36,347 nt of DNA from Gemmatimonadota bacterium (GTDB lineage: Bacteria > Latescibacterota > UBA2968 > UBA8231). Position 1 is the first letter of the stretch. Each line of letters begins with the position of its first letter. Location of the stretch: positions 1 to 36,347 of the forward strand of contig JAYPJE010000029.1 of NCBI GenBank assembly GCA_038128265.1, in the 5' to 3' direction. The notes under the pieces were generated by a model. The model was given only the letters and a program-made list of their open reading frames with translations. It made no database searches and was not told the origin of the DNA. The position numbers were made by a program, and so were the translations under genes. Shown in pieces: positions 34,269 through 36,347 of this stretch.

Positions 34269-36347
34269 TTACGCGTCGCGGCCGGCGGCAATTTCGTCGA
34301 GCAGCGCTGTGATGCGCTCCATATCGCTCTCGAGTGCGATCAGCATGTCGTCGCTGGGTGGGCTATCGTCCCTTTGGCACTGATCGTAGAGCGCTGTAAT
34401 TTTCTGTAGAGTGGAATTAAAGCCGAGCGTGGCGAGCGGGCCTTTAAATGAGTGAATCGCCTGGCCGATGGCCGCCTTATCGCCGGAGGTGAAGGCTTCG
34501 CGTGCCTTTGCCAGATAGTTGGGGCAGTCAGAGCGGAAGATATTTACCAGCTGCATCATCAGCTCAGTATCTCCTCCGCAGCGCTCCAGCACTTCCGCTC
34601 GATCAAAGGTTACATGCGCCGTCGACTGCGGCTCTTCCCCAGGCGTTTTCTCTGCGTCTAATCCCTCGTCGACGCTCTCGTCGATGGTCGAATAGATTAT
34701 TTCGAATAGGTCTTTGGGACTTATGGGCTTGGAAGTGCAGGCATCCATGCCCTCCTGGATATACTGCGCGCGCCGTTCCTGCATGGAATGTGCAGTCAAT
34801 CCGATAATCGATAGGTGAGGCAAGCTGTGCTCGGCTTCTCGCTGTCGGATCGCCTTTGTCGCTTCCAATCCGTCCATTACGGGCATCTGCACGTCCATTA
34901 GCACGGCGTCAAAGGCGCTTTGAGCGCTCAGCTCTACAGCCCGTTGACCGTTTTCGGCGACCACGACCTCGTGCCCTGCTCTCTCGAGCATGGTGGTGAT
35001 AATCGTCTGGTTGAGGACGTTGTCTTCGGCGAGCAAAAGGCGCAGCGGGCGCTGCGACTGCGGCCGTGCATAGGGCGTTTGCCGCGCAACGGGATTGATG
35101 CCTTCTAACTGCAGGAGCGCATTAAAGAGGATGGACTGCGATATGGGTTTGCGCAGAACGATATCAATGTCTGAGCTGTCGTCGCTCGATTCGGTGAACA
35201 CCTCTTTGGCCGAGGTGGACAGAATAACCTTTACTTGCAGTGTCTCGTCGGCTGCTATGTGCCGCGCTACTTCCAAGCCGTCCATTTGCGGCATCATCAT
35301 GTCGAGTATAACAATGGTGAAAGGATCGCCGTCGGCTGCGGCCTGGCGCAGCGCATCGAGCGCCTTTGAGCCACTGTCTACCTGGTCGGCGCGTAATTCC
35401 CAACGATTGAGCACTTCCATTAATATGCGTCGGTTGGTCTCCGTATCGTCGACAATTAGAATGCGCTCGAGCGAAGAGCGCGGTGCGAGGGCGCCGTCTT
35501 CCGCTGCATGCGACCAGCCCTTCAAGCCAAACTGGGCCGTAAAGTGAAATGTGCTGCCCACGCCCTGCTCGCTTTCGACCCACATGGTGCCGCCCATGCG
35601 CTGTACGAGCTGGTGGCCGGTCGTAAGCCCCAAGCCCATACCACCATGCTGTCGAGTGGTTGAAGCATCGGCCTGAGTGAACGGGTCAAAAATCGTCTTT
35701 TGCTGTTCGGCCGGTATGCCGATTCCCGTGTCGCGCACGGAGAAATGGATCTCTGCGTTGTTGCGGGCTAGACTAACGCACTCGACGCGGAGTTCGATCT
35801 CGCCCTCGTTGGTAAATTTGGTGGCATTGTTCAGCAGGTTGAGCAAAACCTGACGCAGCCGACGCGGGTCGCCCACCAGGCTATCTGGCACGTCGATGGA
35901 GATATGGTAGGTCAGTTCAATGCCGCGGTCGTGGGCTCGCAGGGCCGTGGCGTTGCACACGCCCTCAATCGATTCGCGCAGGGCGAAGTCGACGTGCTCC
36001 AAGGTGATGTCTGAGTCCGTTGCTTCGGAAAAGTCGAGTATGTCGTTGACGACTTGGAGCAGGGAATAGGTCGAGTTTTTGACGATAGTCAGGTATTCGC
36101 GCTGATCGTCTTCGAGTGGCGTTTCCAAAACCAGTTCGGTCATGCCGATGATGGCGTTCATCGGCGTGCGGACTTCGTGGGTCATATTGGCCAGGAACTG
36201 GTTCTTAGTCTGCTGAGCGGCATTGGCCATCGCCCGCGCCTCTTCGGCCATCATGCGCGCCTCTTCCATTTCTAGGCGTGCAACCTTGAGCTCGTCCAGG
36301 TGGACGCTGTCAGCTGGCTCGTTTGGCTCGGCTGGCTCGCTTGGCTC
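34269..36347 (-). CDS. Hybrid histidine kinase (HisKA-HATPase-REC-REC-Hpt, BarA/GacS-like), 5' end outside the window
   Basis: [38 protein letters not shown]; two REC domains (ILDMMMP, LMDVQMP); Hpt HSFKG. Frame stays open from 36269 to the window edge. Confidence 0.93.
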   Translation of the reverse strand, partial: EPSEPAEPNEPADSVHLDELKVARLEMEEARMMAEEARAMANAAQQTKNQFLANMTHEVRTPMNAIIGMTELVLETPLEDDQREYLTIVKNSTYSLLQVVNDILDFSEATDSDITLEHVDFALRESIEGVCNATALRAHDRGIELTYHISIDVPDSLVGDPRRLRQVLLNLLNNATKFTNEGEIELRVECVSLARNNAEIHFSVRDTGIGIPAEQQKTIFDPFTQADASTTRQHGGMGLGLTTGHQLVQRMGGTMWVESEQGVGSTFHFTAQFGLKGWSHAAEDGALAPRSSLERILIVDDTETNRRILMEVLNRWELRADQVDSGSKALDALRQAAADGDPFTIVILDMMMPQMDGLEVARHIAADETLQVKVILSTSAKEVFTESSDDSSDIDIVLRKPISQSILFNALLQLEGINPVARQTPYARPQSQRPLRLLLAEDNVLNQTIITTMLERAGHEVVVAENGQRAVELSAQSAFDAVLMDVQMPVMDGLEATKAIRQREAEHSLPHLSIIGLTAHSMQERRAQYIQEGMDACTSKPISPKDLFEIIYSTIDESVDEGLDAEKTPGEEPQSTAHVTFDRAEVLERCGGDTELMMQLVNIFRSDCPNYLAKAREAFTSGDKAAIGQAIHSFKGPLATLGFNSTLQKITALYDQCQRDDSPPSDDMLIALESDMERITALLDEIAAGRDA
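36312..36347. repeat. 9-bp tandem repeat (at least 4 copies) encoding an (EPx)n linker in the kinase
   Basis: AGCTGGCTC GTTTGGCTC GGCTGGCTC GCTTGGCTC; translates on the minus strand as [12 protein letters not shown]; cut by the window edge. Confidence 0.8.

Overview
GC-rich bacterial chromosomal window with about 26 protein-coding genes. I found no rRNA, tRNA, CRISPR array or mobile element. Catabolic genes: a DgoD-like enolase-superfamily dehydratase, four PhyH-family Fe(II)/2OG dioxygenases, a sulfatase, a family III CoA-transferase, a GH2 beta-mannosidase, an aldo/keto reductase, two tandem UxuA-like genes, phosphonatase phnX, an amidase and citrate synthase gltA. Signalling genes: three hybrid histidine kinases, a stand-alone PilZ protein and a diadenylate cyclase fused to a YbbR domain. 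Envelope or secreted proteins: a TonB-dependent receptor, an ankyrin-cyclophilin lipoprotein, a CIA30-domain protein and a 1808-aa gingipain-like C25 peptidase with a FlgD-Ig C-terminus. The gene mix suggests a diderm FCB-group organism such as Ca. Latescibacterota (inference only). Most notable observations: (1) the amidase appears to start at a non-canonical CTG overlapping the phnX stop, which reveals a hidden Tat signal peptide; (2) a 75-aa RNA polymerase omega-like gene stands alone with its own promoter and terminator; (3) an intact UxuA is followed by a catalytically degenerate paralog; (4) the CdaA-CdaR fusion; (5) a probably leaderless PilZ mRNA. All family calls come from motif recognition by eye, without database searches.
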